Source: Acholeplasmataceae bacterium (GTDB lineage Bacteria > Bacillota_I > Bacilli_A > Acholeplasmatales > Acholeplasmataceae). From it: DNA of 64,000 bases. The notes below the pieces were generated by a model that worked only from the letters and a program-made list of their open reading frames with translations, ran no database searches and was not told where the DNA came from. The position numbers and the translations under genes are program-made. Where the stretch lies: the NCBI GenBank assembly GCA_963675245.1, contig OY775910.1, positions 320,001 to 384,000 of the forward strand, written 5' to 3'. Positions 1 to 10,289 of this stretch are shown here, one piece after another. Positions within the stretch are counted from its first letter, which is position 1. Each line of letters begins with the position of its first letter.

Positions 1-277
1 GAAGAACTTGTCTGCATGATCCACATGGACTTACTGGTCCTTCTGTATCAGCAACCACCGTAATTTGCTCAATATCTTTAGGATTATATCCTTGGCTCAT
101 TAGTGAAAAAATTGCACTTCTTTCTGCACAATTTGATAATCCTAATGCTGCATTTTCAATATTTGCACCATACACAACCGTACCATCCTTAAGTCTAATA
201 GCAGCACCAACTTTAAAATGTGAGTAAGGTGTATATGCTCTTAAGCGTGCCTTTTTTGCATGTTCTAAATCATTCAC
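1..277 (-). CDS. cdd: Cytidine deaminase (3' end runs out of the window; absent from the ORF track)
   Basis: Manual translation from GTG at 277 gives MNDLEHAKKARLRAYTPYSHFKVGAA...GANIENAALGLSNCAERSAI...PCGSCRQVL, with the CAE and PCxxC zinc motifs. It overlaps the ybeY stop (GTGA) and has GGAG upstream. Confidence 0.95.
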   Translation of the reverse strand, partial: MNDLEHAKKARLRAYTPYSHFKVGAAIRLKDGTVVYGANIENAALGLSNCAERSAIFSLMSQGYNPKDIEQITVVADTEGPVSPCGSCRQVL

Positions 278-699
278 GATTCAAGACTCCTTTCAAGCTT
301 CGCTTTTTTTAATATGTCTTCTTGTTTTTCTGTCATTTCTTTTTCTTCTTCTTTCGTATGATGATCATACCCTTTTAAATGAAGATAACCGTGAACAGCT
401 AAAAAGCCAACTTCACGATTAAAACTATGTCCATAAGTTGTCCGTTGTCTTTCTGCTTGATCTAAGCATATGAATACATCACCCAATGACTTATCTTCGG
501 GTTCGTCATTCACAAAACTTAAAACATCAGTAATGCGATCAATATTTCTAAAGACACGGTTCAATCTTTTAATTTCTGCTTCATCAACAAAGATTAACTG
601 CATTCCTTCTGTTTCATGTACTTTTTTAAATATTTGTCTCATAAGTTTATCAACACCAGTAATGTCTTTACTCGTTTGATTATGAATGGTTACTTTCAT
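274..699 (-). CDS. ybeY: rRNA maturation endoribonuclease YbeY
   Basis: TDVLSF and HGYLHLKGYDH (HGxLHLxGxDH) motifs; phoH-ybeY-cdd order. Start at 699 chosen by RBS spacing. Confidence 0.95.
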   Translation of the reverse strand: MKVTIHNQTSKDITGVDKLMRQIFKKVHETEGMQLIFVDEAEIKRLNRVFRNIDRITDVLSFVNDEPEDKSLGDVFICLDQAERQRTTYGHSFNREVGFLAVHGYLHLKGYDHHTKEEEKEMTEKQEDILKKAKLERSLES

Positions 700-1642
700 G
701 ATGATCATACCTTTCTAAGATATGTTGAACAAGTGGATGTCTAATGACATCAACATTGTCAAATGAAACAACATCAATACCTTCTAAACCATGTAATAGT
801 TTAACAGCATGACTTAATCCAGAGTGGTTTCTAGATTGTAGATCAGTTTGGGATGGATCTCCAGTGATGACCATTTTAGATGAAAAACCTAGTCTCGTTA
901 GAAACATCTTCATTTGTGCAGTTGTCGTGTTTTGTGCTTCGTCTAATATGACAAATGCATTTTCAAGCGTACGACCACGCATATATGCGAGTGGCGCTAT
1001 TTCTATAATGCCTTTTTCCATTAAATTCACAGTTTGTGCATTTCCTAACATTTCATATAACGCATCATATAATGGTACAAGATAAGGGTCTATTTTTTCT
1101 TTTAAGTCACCAGGTAAAAACCCTAGTGATTCACCCGCTTCAACCACAGGTCTCGTTAAAATTAATTTTTTAACAGACCCCTTTTTAAGTTCAGCAACCG
1201 CGCTAGCGACTGCTAAATATGTCTTACCAGTGCCAGCAGGTCCTATACCAAAAGTTAAATCATATTTCTTAATCGCTTCAACATATGATCGTTGATTAAA
1301 GGTTTTCGGATAAACCGCTTTACCCATATCATTTGTGATAATCTTTTCACGTTTGTGATAAAGTGAATCAATACCCTCTAAGCGATCCATTTCAGCCATT
1401 TTTATGATATACATGATATCTCTTTCATTCAGTTGAACGTGGTGTTCAGCTAACGATACTAAGACGACAAAAATAGCCTCCAAAAGTGCCTTCATTTCTG
1501 GTTTCGCGTCCGTGATAATGTCACTACCACGTACCGATACGTGAATGCCTAGGTACTGTTTGAAAACTAGTAGGTTTCGATCTTGAATGCCAACGACCCG
1601 GCTGATCGTTTCGGCATGATGAATTTGTTGATTTAACTTCAT
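680..1642 (-). CDS. phoH: PhoH family ATPase
   Basis: GPAGTGKT Walker A, RPVVEAGESLGFLPG, APLAYMRGRT, DEAQN. Confidence 0.95.
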   Translation of the reverse strand: MKLNQQIHHAETISRVVGIQDRNLLVFKQYLGIHVSVRGSDIITDAKPEMKALLEAIFVVLVSLAEHHVQLNERDIMYIIKMAEMDRLEGIDSLYHKREKIITNDMGKAVYPKTFNQRSYVEAIKKYDLTFGIGPAGTGKTYLAVASAVAELKKGSVKKLILTRPVVEAGESLGFLPGDLKEKIDPYLVPLYDALYEMLGNAQTVNLMEKGIIEIAPLAYMRGRTLENAFVILDEAQNTTTAQMKMFLTRLGFSSKMVITGDPSQTDLQSRNHSGLSHAVKLLHGLEGIDVVSFDNVDVIRHPLVQHILERYDHHESNHS

Positions 1643-1731
1643 TCAACCGCCCCTTCTTCTATACATTAATTATACCATAATCTATAAGATTAAGGCTTTC
1701 TCAATCCATAAAATCATCAATTACAAATGAA

Positions 1732-1751
1732 AACGCACCATCAGGTGCGTT
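1732..1751 (-). terminator. Rho-independent terminator of rpsU
   Basis: AACGCACC-4-GGTGCGTT hairpin followed by a U-rich tail on the minus strand. Confidence 0.75.
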
Positions 1752-1756
1752 ATTTG

Positions 1757-1930
1757 TTATTTTTTCTTCGCGCGGTTTGCACGAATACGGTCTTTACGTT
1801 CAACACTAGGCTTAACATAGAATTGACGTTTACGAGCTTCGCGGAGGGTTCCTGATTTAGAGACGTCACGTTTAAAACGGCGCAATGCGTCTTCAAGTGT
1901 TTCCTTATCTCGAACAACTGTTTTAGGCAT
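1757..1930 (-). CDS. rpsU: 30S ribosomal protein S21 (57 aa; absent from the ORF track)
   Basis: Manual translation [57 protein letters not shown]; strong GGAGG SD. Confidence 0.97.
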   Translation of the reverse strand: MPKTVVRDKETLEDALRRFKRDVSKSGTLREARKRQFYVKPSVERKDRIRANRAKKK

Positions 1931-1972
1931 CTTCTGCCCTCCTTCCGCGGCTACAATTATTTAGCCGTAGTT

Positions 1973-2001
1973 ATTATATATGATTTTAATGTAATTGTCA
2001 A
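1973..2001 (-). promoter_or_regulatory. sigma70-type promoter of rpsU
   Basis: Exact TTGACA-17-TATAAT on the minus strand. Confidence 0.85.
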
Positions 2002-2068
2002 AGTTATATGCGTATATTTTTATTAAAATTACATACAAAGAAAAAAGCACTAACTGTGCTTTTATCTT

Positions 2069-2293
2069 TTAATGAAGAAAGTTTGAGAGTACAACAAATA
2101 CAATAAGTAATGTTGTAATGACAAGTGTTGCTCTCGTTAAGAACAACTCGAACCCTCTGTCTTTCTTATTTTTAAATAATTCAGATTTTTCACCGCTAAA
2201 TGCACTAGCTGCATCTTCATTTGAATTCTGTAATAATACAGCAACAACGAGTAGTACAGCTAAGACGATGACTAAATAATCAGCCCAGATCAT
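2069..2293 (-). CDS. secG: Preprotein translocase subunit SecG
   Basis: 74 aa, two TM segments, VLLQ...ASAFSG...ELF...RGFE pattern; hairpin terminator at about 2043-2063. Confidence 0.93.
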   Translation of the reverse strand: MIWADYLVIVLAVLLVVAVLLQNSNEDAASAFSGEKSELFKNKKDRGFELFLTRATLVITTLLIVFVVLSNFLH

Positions 2294-2363
2294 AATATTC
2301 CTCCTAAAACCTAATTAATGATACCAAATATATGCATTTTTGTCAATCATATTTGACGATAGT

Positions 2364-3401
2364 TTAAGCGGTTATATCATCAATAAATGCTTGAATGTCA
2401 GAAATCATGATCAGTGTTGATGTAAACCCACCACTTGCAATATACCACGCTTCACCATTTAGTGCATAAATATGACTATTTTGTCCAGCTTCTGTACTTG
2501 TCACTAAACTATTATTCAAGACAGCATCTAGCGTGGATTCGTTGCCGATTGCAGCTGCTCTGTCAAGAAGAAACAATACTTCTGGATCAACAGCAGATAC
2601 ATACTCATAACCTACTAAATCACCATGTGAACCACCTGAGTCAACATTATCATCAGCAGGAATAAACCCAAATTCATCATATAACACAGCATATCTTCCT
2701 GTTGGTCCATAAAATGATAATGCTTGACCATTAACAAGGATAAATAACGCCTCATGTGTATTTGTCATATCAGAGATGATAGTCATATCATCAACAATTT
2801 CATCTAATGTGTTTTGTAGATCATCGGCTACAGAAGGGAAAATCTTTGCGAGATTTTGTGCATTCCTTGTTAACCCTTCTAGATATTCTCCAAAGATTAA
2901 TGTCACATCTAAAATATCAGCATTTGGATATTGTTCCTTTAATGCATCATACGCACCTGTTGAACGTGAACCAAGAATGATGAGTTCTGGTTGAAATAAA
3001 TCTAAAACATCATAATCTGGTAAAAACAATGTGCCGACATGCTCATAATCACTTGACTCATATGCACTCAAAAATGTCGGTATATTGGTTTGCACGATAC
3101 CTAGTAATGAAATACTTGTTTCATCAATACCAACATAATCTAACATATCCAAGGCATCATAACTAAAGATGGCTACTCTACTTGGATTTGTTAAAAATGT
3201 TTCTGTAATCTCTTGACGGTTTAAACCTGTCGTATCATAACTCGTTCCTGATTCGCCAAGCTCTGCACCTGATAACACACTATGTGTAATTGATACTTCT
3301 TCACGTATAAACGTGTTGTCGTCATTATTAGGAATTGATGTACAACCAAGAAGTGTGAAACTAATGACCACAGTCATTATCATTATAAATCCTTTTTTCA
3401 T
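2364..3401 (-). CDS. Siderophore ABC transporter substrate-binding lipoprotein (CeuE/YclQ/FatB type)
   Basis: Lipobox LLGC; NPSRVAIF, VGTLFLPD, SHG and WYIASGG motifs. Confidence 0.9.
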   Translation of the reverse strand: MKKGFIMIMTVVISFTLLGCTSIPNNDDNTFIREEVSITHSVLSGAELGESGTSYDTTGLNRQEITETFLTNPSRVAIFSYDALDMLDYVGIDETSISLLGIVQTNIPTFLSAYESSDYEHVGTLFLPDYDVLDLFQPELIILGSRSTGAYDALKEQYPNADILDVTLIFGEYLEGLTRNAQNLAKIFPSVADDLQNTLDEIVDDMTIISDMTNTHEALFILVNGQALSFYGPTGRYAVLYDEFGFIPADDNVDSGGSHGDLVGYEYVSAVDPEVLFLLDRAAAIGNESTLDAVLNNSLVTSTEAGQNSHIYALNGEAWYIASGGFTSTLIMISDIQAFIDDITA

Positions 3402-4216
3402 TCTAATTCTCCTTTATTTAAAGATACCAATGTATCTATATTTTTGTTTTCATATTGATTTTGATAGAATAAACAAATTTTTCTTCCGTTATAACCAGCA
3501 ATACAAAAATCATGATCAAACGTACGATCTAAAATATCTTTTTCAATCATCTCATCCACACTACCTTCAGCTAATATTTCACCATCTTTCATCGCGATAA
3601 TATGATCTGAAAATGCGGCTGCAAAATTAATATCATGCATGACAACTACGATTGTTTTCCCGAGTTCTTTAACCATTTTTTCTAACATAGTCATCATTTC
3701 TACCGCGTGCTTCATATCGAGATTATTAAGTGGTTCGTCTAATAATATGTATGGCGTATCTTGTGCCAGCACCATCGCGATATAGGCGCGCTGTCTTTGC
3801 CCACCAGACAATTTTTCGATCGACTTATTTTCGATATCGGTTAATTTCATATACGAAATGGCCATATTAATCATCGCGATATCTTCCGTTTTTAATCGTC
3901 CTTTAGAGTGTGGAAAGCGACCAAATGTAACAAGTTCTCTCACAGTCACACGCATCGCAATGTGGTTGGTTTGTTTTAAAATAGCAAGTTTCCTAGCAAT
4001 CTCATCTGACTTCATGGTAGCCATATCAATACCATCGATAAAAATATCACCTTGATTGGGGGATATCAATCTTGAAACCACACTTAAAAGTGTTGATTTA
4101 CCCGCACCATTCGCACCAATAAGTGCTGTAATTTTACCTTCTTGTATATGAAGATTAATATTTTTCAAGACATTTAAATCTTGATATGATTTGTCAATAT
4201 TTCTAATTTCAATCAT
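3398..4216 (-). CDS. Iron-siderophore ABC transporter ATPase (CeuD/YclP type)
   Basis: GANGAGKS, LSGGQRQR, LLDEPLNNLDMKH. Confidence 0.93.
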   Translation of the reverse strand: MIEIRNIDKSYQDLNVLKNINLHIQEGKITALIGANGAGKSTLLSVVSRLISPNQGDIFIDGIDMATMKSDEIARKLAILKQTNHIAMRVTVRELVTFGRFPHSKGRLKTEDIAMINMAISYMKLTDIENKSIEKLSGGQRQRAYIAMVLAQDTPYILLDEPLNNLDMKHAVEMMTMLEKMVKELGKTIVVVMHDINFAAAFSDHIIAMKDGEILAEGSVDEMIEKDILDRTFDHDFCIAGYNGRKICLFYQNQYENKNIDTLVSLNKGELE

Positions 4217-5211
4217 GTACGATTCTCCTTTAAGATGAGATAAATCATATAAAAGCCTCCAACTAAATTAATGAGCACTGTCACTGTCGTTTGATAACCG
4301 GTTTCTGCAATCATCGTTTGTCCTAAGACAAGGAAGATGATGGCTAACAAACTTGACACAATCATTAATTCTTTATGTTTATAAGTTTGAAGTAATTCTC
4401 GTGCTGCATTGACTGCAAGCAATCCTAAGAAAGCAATCGGTCCAATGAGTGCTGTAGATATGGCCATCGCGAACGCGATATAAATGAGTGCACCATTCAT
4501 TTTTTTATGATGAGGAACACCTAATCCAATCGCTTCAGATTCACCTAGCGCCATCACATCATAATATTTAAATTGGTTCACCAATAATCCAATCATGATT
4601 ATCATGAGTGGTACAGCTAAAATGATAATTGATGTATTCATATTTGTAATCGTTACTTCTGTGCTGATCACAACCGATTGAAATGAGTTTGGATCCATAA
4701 TCGTTTGTAAAAAACTAGAAAGTGATCTTGCAAGTGTGGATAATATCAAACCAACCAGTAATAAAAAGATGATATGATTTCGATCTTTTTTCAAAATAAA
4801 TCGATAAATCAATAATGCTGATCCGACCATAACGATCGTTGCAAAACCAAATCTTAAAAACGGATTTGTAATCAATAACGAATTCGATCCTAAAAAGAAT
4901 ACAATCGCTGTTTGAGATAATACAAATAACGCATCAAACCCAATTAAACTCGGTGTTAAAATTCTGCTATGCGTCATCGTTTGAAAGACCAATGAGGTAG
5001 TCGCGATAAGAACTGCAGATACCACCATCGCGATCACTTGATACCCTCTTCGTTCTAAAATACTGAAGATGGCATCCTTCATCGCGAGTGCCAATACAGG
5101 ATCTTCTGGGAATAAATCATAAGGGGTTGTTATCATCCAAAAAGTCAAATACAACATAACTGATATAACGGCTAACAAAGAGAATATCCAGACATATTTA
5201 TGCTTTATCAT
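4213..5211 (-). CDS. FecCD-family permease (CeuC/YclO type)
   Basis: FQTMTHSRILTPSLIG and GPIAFLGLL; multi-TM. Confidence 0.92.
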   Translation of the reverse strand: MIKHKYVWIFSLLAVISVMLYLTFWMITTPYDLFPEDPVLALAMKDAIFSILERRGYQVIAMVVSAVLIATTSLVFQTMTHSRILTPSLIGFDALFVLSQTAIVFFLGSNSLLITNPFLRFGFATIVMVGSALLIYRFILKKDRNHIIFLLLVGLILSTLARSLSSFLQTIMDPNSFQSVVISTEVTITNMNTSIIILAVPLMIIMIGLLVNQFKYYDVMALGESEAIGLGVPHHKKMNGALIYIAFAMAISTALIGPIAFLGLLAVNAARELLQTYKHKELMIVSSLLAIIFLVLGQTMIAETGYQTTVTVLINLVGGFYMIYLILKENRT

Positions 5212-6172
5212 ATGACATCCTCCGATAGATAATGATTAAGAATATCAATGCACCTAAGATGCCCATCGTAAAGCTTATCGCGACTTCATAAGGAAAAATA
5301 ACAACTCTTGAGATAATATCATTAATTAATACAAAGGATGAACCAAAGAGAGCTACATCAACCATATTTTTCTTGACACCATCCCCATAATACATCGTAA
5401 CTAAATTAGGGATGATCAATCCAATAAATGGTAAGTGACCAACCATCACGAAATTGACTGCTGTAATGGCTGAGATAATGATTAATCCAAGCGCGATAAC
5501 AAACTTGTAATTCACACCTAAATTTTTAGCAAAGTCTTCACCCATACCAACAATTGAAAAACGTGTCGCATAAATGAATGCTAATACAATTACGGGAATC
5601 ACTAGAAATAATAATTCATAAGTTCCAATCGCTTTATTTGCAAATCCACCAACACCAATTGTTTGTATAAACTGTAAGGCATTAAACTGATATGCAATAA
5701 ATGTTGATATAGCAGCTATCATCGCTCCATACATCATACCCACTAATGGTACATAAATAATATTTTTAAATTGAATGCGGTTAAGCATCAATATAAAAAT
5801 AATGGATGACACGAGCGCAAACGCGAATGCGAACACCGTTCTAATCACAACCGTCTGATTACCGAACAATAAGAAACCTATGAGCAATCCTAAAACAGCA
5901 GCATTCGTTGTTCCTGCAGTTGAAGGTGCAACAAATTTATTTCGACTGATTGCTTGCATAATAAGTCCTGCAATGGATAATGCAGATGCAGATAATATAA
6001 TCGCAACCGTTCTAGGAATTCTTGAGATCCATAACACTTCCCACGCATGAGCATCACCCTTAAAAAGTGCACTAAATGTTAAATCTAGTACACCAATTCT
6101 TAAAGACGTGATGACAAGTAAAGAAAAGACGATAACCAGGATAATTCTTTTATGACTAAGTAGACGTTTCAT
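5198..6172 (-). CDS. FecCD-family permease (CeuB/YclN type)
   Basis: SRIPRT, GLIMQAISRNKFVAPSTAGT, LPFIGLIIPN; start codon uncertain (6172-6220). Confidence 0.92.
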   Translation of the reverse strand: MKRLLSHKRIILVIVFSLLVITSLRIGVLDLTFSALFKGDAHAWEVLWISRIPRTVAIILSASALSIAGLIMQAISRNKFVAPSTAGTTNAAVLGLLIGFLLFGNQTVVIRTVFAFAFALVSSIIFILMLNRIQFKNIIYVPLVGMMYGAMIAAISTFIAYQFNALQFIQTIGVGGFANKAIGTYELLFLVIPVIVLAFIYATRFSIVGMGEDFAKNLGVNYKFVIALGLIIISAITAVNFVMVGHLPFIGLIIPNLVTMYYGDGVKKNMVDVALFGSSFVLINDIISRVVIFPYEVAISFTMGILGALIFLIIIYRRMSYDKA

Positions 6173-6482
6173 GTATGCTTTCATCAACCTGATAAACTTC
6201 ATATTTATCCTTAACCACATCGATTAGTCCTTCTGGTTTTTCTTTCTTCTCTTGGTGCATCTTGATATGCGCTGGACTAGCTTCCCATCTGTAATATGCA
6301 TTCTTATCTGTGAAATAGATGGACATGCGAACAAAAGAAATGCCATTGGTTGTTCGAATGGCAATTTCTCTTTTTTCAAATCCATCAAATGTTAAGAGTG
6401 GTGACTCTTTTTTAAAACGCTCTAAAAATGTATTGAGATGTGCTTCTTGCACATGAAATGTTTTACTTACGATGTACATCAA
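6156..6482 (-). CDS. ABM-fold monooxygenase, HmoA/IsdG-like putative heme-degrading protein
   Basis: ERF...GF...WEASPAHIKMH...KP pattern resembles Bacillus HmoA (WEKSDAHIAGH); GGAGG SD. Confidence 0.75.
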   Translation of the reverse strand: MMYIVSKTFHVQEAHLNTFLERFKKESPLLTFDGFEKREIAIRTTNGISFVRMSIYFTDKNAYYRWEASPAHIKMHQEKKEKPEGLIDVVKDKYEVYQVDESIHETST

Positions 6483-6571
6483 AATCCTCCTCTGTAATCA
6501 CATCAATTTTAAAGTAATCGTTGTTGTATTACAAAGGATACGATAAAGATTATAAAGACCCCTTTTGTTTA

Positions 6572-6586
6572 TAATAATTAGTATCT
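6572..6586 (-). promoter_or_regulatory. Possible Fur-like box at the -35 position of the iron operon promoter
   Basis: AGATACT-A-ATTATTA matches 11/14 positions of TGATAAT-N-ATTATCA; TATAAT at 6549-6554; AT-rich background makes the match weak. Confidence 0.35.
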
Positions 6587-6614
6587 AAATCATAATAAAG
6601 ACGAGTATTCTCGT

Positions 6615-7136
6615 CTATTTCTTTCTTTCTGTTCTTACAGCTGGCACACCTTTTAACAAACTGTTTGCAGGTGCATCTTTAACAACAACTGCACCAGCAG
6701 CAATAATACTATGTTCGCCAATATGAATCGGACCGATTAACGTCGCACCAGCATAAATCATACTACCACTACCAATTTTAGGATGTCTATCTACTTTTTC
6801 AAATGTATTCGCTCCAAGCGTCACACCATGATAGAGTACACATCCATCACCGATTTCTGCGGTCTCTCCAATCACCGTGCCCATCCCATGATCAATGAAG
6901 ACTCCTGTACCTATTTTGGCTGCTGGATGGATATCTATACCGGTTTTCTTTCTTGTACGATAACTTATCCATCTTGCATAATTAAATCTTCCTTTAAGCC
7001 ATTGTTTGTGTGCTCTCCTGTGTCTTCTTAAGGCAATCACACCAGGATAGGTAAAATACACCATGAAACAACATGGTGCTGCTGGATCATATAATTTTGC
7101 TGCTCTAACATCTTTTATGACACACTCTTTTTTCAT
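6615..7136 (-). CDS. cysE: Serine O-acetyltransferase
   Basis: DPAA, YPG, TGIDIHPAAKIG, FIDHGMG, YHGVTLG, RHP hexapeptide repeats. Confidence 0.93.
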   Translation of the reverse strand: MKKECVIKDVRAAKLYDPAAPCCFMVYFTYPGVIALRRHRRAHKQWLKGRFNYARWISYRTRKKTGIDIHPAAKIGTGVFIDHGMGTVIGETAEIGDGCVLYHGVTLGANTFEKVDRHPKIGSGSMIYAGATLIGPIHIGEHSIIAAGAVVVKDAPANSLLKGVPAVRTERKK

Positions 7137-8059
7137 TGATATAACTCCGTTGATAAATAACGTTCTCCCGTGTCAGGAATAATCACGACAATTCGTTTAC
7201 CTTTGTTTTCATCTCTTTTAGCTAGGATGGTTGCAGCATATAATGCAGCTCCTGCTGAAATACCAGCAAACACACCTTCAGTTCTAGCAAGTATTCTTGC
7301 CGTATCAAATGCTTCTTTACCAGTTACTTTAATCACTTCATCAATCACATTGACGTTTAACACTTTAGGTATAAATCCTGCACCAATACCTTGTATTGGA
7401 TGAGGTCCAGGTTCTCCACCTGATATCACAGGAGATTCAGCTGGTTCTACTGCAATAATCTTAATATCTTTTAATTCTTTTTTAAGGACTTCTCCGACAC
7501 CCGTTACGGTACCACCTGTACCAACACCAGCAACAAAGAAATCGAGATGATTATCCGTATCAGCAAGAATTTCTTTCACTGTGGTTTGTCTATGAACTTC
7601 AGGATTTGCTAAATTCTCAAATTGCATGGGCATAATCGCATCAGCATGTTGATCGATCATTTCTTGGGCTTTTGCAATAGATCCCTTCATCCCTTTAGTT
7701 TTATCTGTTAAGATGACGTTTGCACCTAATGCCTTAACGATTTGAACACGTTCTTTTGATACACTCTCAGGCATCACAATCGTTAATGGATATCCCTTTG
7801 ATGCACATATGAATGCGAGTCCTATACCGGTGTTACCTGATGATGGTTCAACAAATATTGTATGTTCATTTACTAAACCTTCATTTTCAATCGCTTCAAT
7901 TAATCCTTTAGCGAGTCTATCTTTCACGCTTGATAATGGATTAAAGTATTCTAGTTTAGCAACGATTTCAGCTTTAGCATCCACTAATTTAGCATAACGT
8001 TCAAGTGATAATAATGGTGTGTTTCCAACTAAGTCTATAATTGATTTTGATATGTTCAT
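7133..8059 (-). CDS. cysK: Cysteine synthase A
   Basis: SVKDR PLP lysine, EPSSGNTG, GTGGT, IQGIGAG, PDTGERYLS. Confidence 0.97.
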   Translation of the reverse strand: MNISKSIIDLVGNTPLLSLERYAKLVDAKAEIVAKLEYFNPLSSVKDRLAKGLIEAIENEGLVNEHTIFVEPSSGNTGIGLAFICASKGYPLTIVMPESVSKERVQIVKALGANVILTDKTKGMKGSIAKAQEMIDQHADAIMPMQFENLANPEVHRQTTVKEILADTDNHLDFFVAGVGTGGTVTGVGEVLKKELKDIKIIAVEPAESPVISGGEPGPHPIQGIGAGFIPKVLNVNVIDEVIKVTGKEAFDTARILARTEGVFAGISAGAALYAATILAKRDENKGKRIVVIIPDTGERYLSTELYQ

Positions 8060-8154
8060 TTAATTCACTCCTTTGACCGTATCTCATTATATCGCTTTTC
8101 ACTTTATAAATCATATGATATGCTATATAATAGCCATATCAAAAAGGAGGCATT

Positions 8155-8763
8155 ATGCAAATAAAAAGATTCCCACTAGGAAACCTCAAAAGTAATTGTT
8201 TTATTGTTCATAACAATCAAAAGGCTTATATCGTTGATCCAGGGTATGAAAGTCAAGACGTGTTAGACTTTATTAACGACAATCAACTCGATGTATCCTT
8301 TATTTATATTACACATGGTCACCCTGATCACATTGGTGGTATTAACTTTTTAAATCAATTTTTAAACGTGCCTGTATATGCACCACTAAAAGATCAATGG
8401 TGGATTGATGTGTATGGTCCTTCTCAAAACATCAATGCGACTGTCACAAATTACATCAAAGAACCATTTGACATTAGCTTTAATGGTGAAGCACTAAAGG
8501 TTTATGATACCCCTGGTCATTCTGAGGGTGGTACTGTCCTTTATAGTAAAACACATCGTTATCTATTTACTGGTGACACGTTGTTTTTTGAAACAGTTGG
8601 TAGAACAGATATTCCCCATGCTGATAAAGATGTATTAGTTCAATCAATTAAACGAATGTATGATCTATTTCCAGAAGATACAGTCGTTTATCCAGGTCAC
8701 GGAAAAGAAACCAGTATTGGTCATGAACAAACACATAATCCATTCGTAAGAAAAGGCGCTTAA
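8155..8763 (+). CDS. MBL-fold metallo-hydrolase (glyoxalase II-like)
   Basis: THGHPDHIGG, TPGHS, FTGD, PGHG. Confidence 0.92.
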   Translation: MQIKRFPLGNLKSNCFIVHNNQKAYIVDPGYESQDVLDFINDNQLDVSFIYITHGHPDHIGGINFLNQFLNVPVYAPLKDQWWIDVYGPSQNINATVTNYIKEPFDISFNGEALKVYDTPGHSEGGTVLYSKTHRYLFTGDTLFFETVGRTDIPHADKDVLVQSIKRMYDLFPEDTVVYPGHGKETSIGHEQTHNPFVRKGA

Positions 8764-8774
8764 TTGCGCCTTTT
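8751..8774. terminator. Bidirectional terminator between the MBL hydrolase and glnA
   Basis: AAAAGGCGC-loop-GCGCCTTTT. Confidence 0.8.
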
Positions 8775-8784
8775 ACATTGTTTA

Positions 8785-10131
8785 TTATATAACGTTTAAA
8801 TATTTTTCAAGTTCAAAAGCTGTTACCTTAGTCTTATATTCATCCCATTCTTTTGTTTTAGCTTCCATAAGTTTTTCATATAAGAAATCACCCATCGCTG
8901 ATTTCATTAATTTAGATGAACTAAAGTTTGCAATCGCTTCTTGTAGTGATCCTGGTAAATTTTTAATACCCATCCGTTTACGTTCATGTTCTGACATTTT
9001 AAAGAGGTTTTTCTTAATAGGTGAAATTGTCTTCAAATCACTCTTTAAACCATCTAGACCAGATGCCAATAACGCACTGATTGCGAGATATGGATTTGAT
9101 GATGGATCAACTGAACGCACTTCAATACGTGTCGCGTTGCCGCGAGCAGCAGGTATTCTAATCATCGTTGAACGGTTTGCGTCACTCCATGAAATATAAA
9201 CAGGTGCTTCAAAGCCAGGAACGAGACGTTTATATGAATTAACAGTAGGATTTGTCGCTAAGCAGAATTCACGTGCGTGTTTCATGACACCTGAGATAAA
9301 TTGAAGTGCAGTGTGTGATAATTGATTTGATGTGTTTGGATCATAGAATAGATTATTACCATCTACATCTGAAATAGAGCAGTTTGTATGCATACCTGAT
9401 CCATTAATACCTTCAACTGGTTTTGGCATGAATGTTGCATGATAACCATGACGTCTAGCCACGTTTTTTACAACGACTTTAAACGTTTGTATGTTATCAC
9501 ATGCTTCTAAAGCATTATCAAAATGGAAATTAATTTCATGTTGTCCATAAGCTACTTCATGGTGTGAAACTTCCATTTCAAACCCCATATTTTCTAGTTC
9601 TAACACGATATCTCTTCTAACATCTTCTGATTCATCGATAGGTGCTAAATCGAAATAACCACCCATATCTGAGAATTCCATGGTTGGTTTACCATCATCA
9701 CCTAATTTGAATAAAAAGAATTCTGGTTCTACACCAACATTAAATTTACCAAATTTAGGATTGAATTTACGCATTTCTTCTAGATTGCGTTTAAGAATGT
9801 ATCTTGGGTCCCCTTCAAATGGTACATGGTCTGTGGTATAAATATCACAAATTAAACGTGCAACCTTACCATGAGGAATGGTTTCCCATTCAAGAATGAG
9901 CCAAGTTGATAAGTCAGGATATAAATACATATCTGCTTCATCAATACGAACGAATCCTTGAATTGATGAACCATCAAACATGACTTCATTGGCAAGTGCT
10001 TTTTCTAGATTCGTTACTGGAATCTCAACATTCTTAACAACACCAAGCATATCCGTAAATTGAAGACGAACATATTTGACATTATTGTCTTTTGCTGATT
10101 GTAGGATATCAGCACGTGAGTAGTTCTTCAT
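8785..10131 (-). CDS. glnA: Glutamine synthetase type I
   Basis: [44 protein letters not shown]-17-TTTAAT upstream. Confidence 0.97.
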   Translation of the reverse strand: MKNYSRADILQSAKDNNVKYVRLQFTDMLGVVKNVEIPVTNLEKALANEVMFDGSSIQGFVRIDEADMYLYPDLSTWLILEWETIPHGKVARLICDIYTTDHVPFEGDPRYILKRNLEEMRKFNPKFGKFNVGVEPEFFLFKLGDDGKPTMEFSDMGGYFDLAPIDESEDVRRDIVLELENMGFEMEVSHHEVAYGQHEINFHFDNALEACDNIQTFKVVVKNVARRHGYHATFMPKPVEGINGSGMHTNCSISDVDGNNLFYDPNTSNQLSHTALQFISGVMKHAREFCLATNPTVNSYKRLVPGFEAPVYISWSDANRSTMIRIPAARGNATRIEVRSVDPSSNPYLAISALLASGLDGLKSDLKTISPIKKNLFKMSEHERKRMGIKNLPGSLQEAIANFSSSKLMKSAMGDFLYEKLMEAKTKEWDEYKTKVTAFELEKYLNVI

Positions 10132-10289
10132 AAGATAACCCCTATTTTCTATAGATTTATGCTTTAATTAAATAGTAAAACATATAATTTGTCAATATTT
10201 GGGTAATATTTATATAAAAATTTACATATGTAAACGTTATTTTGTGCTCTGGCACATAATTTTAAACAAAACGCCCATCTAAATGGACG

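Noticed and set aside
10140..10240. Canonical GlnR/TnrA box at glnA
   Set aside because: No TGTNA-N7-TNACA match found
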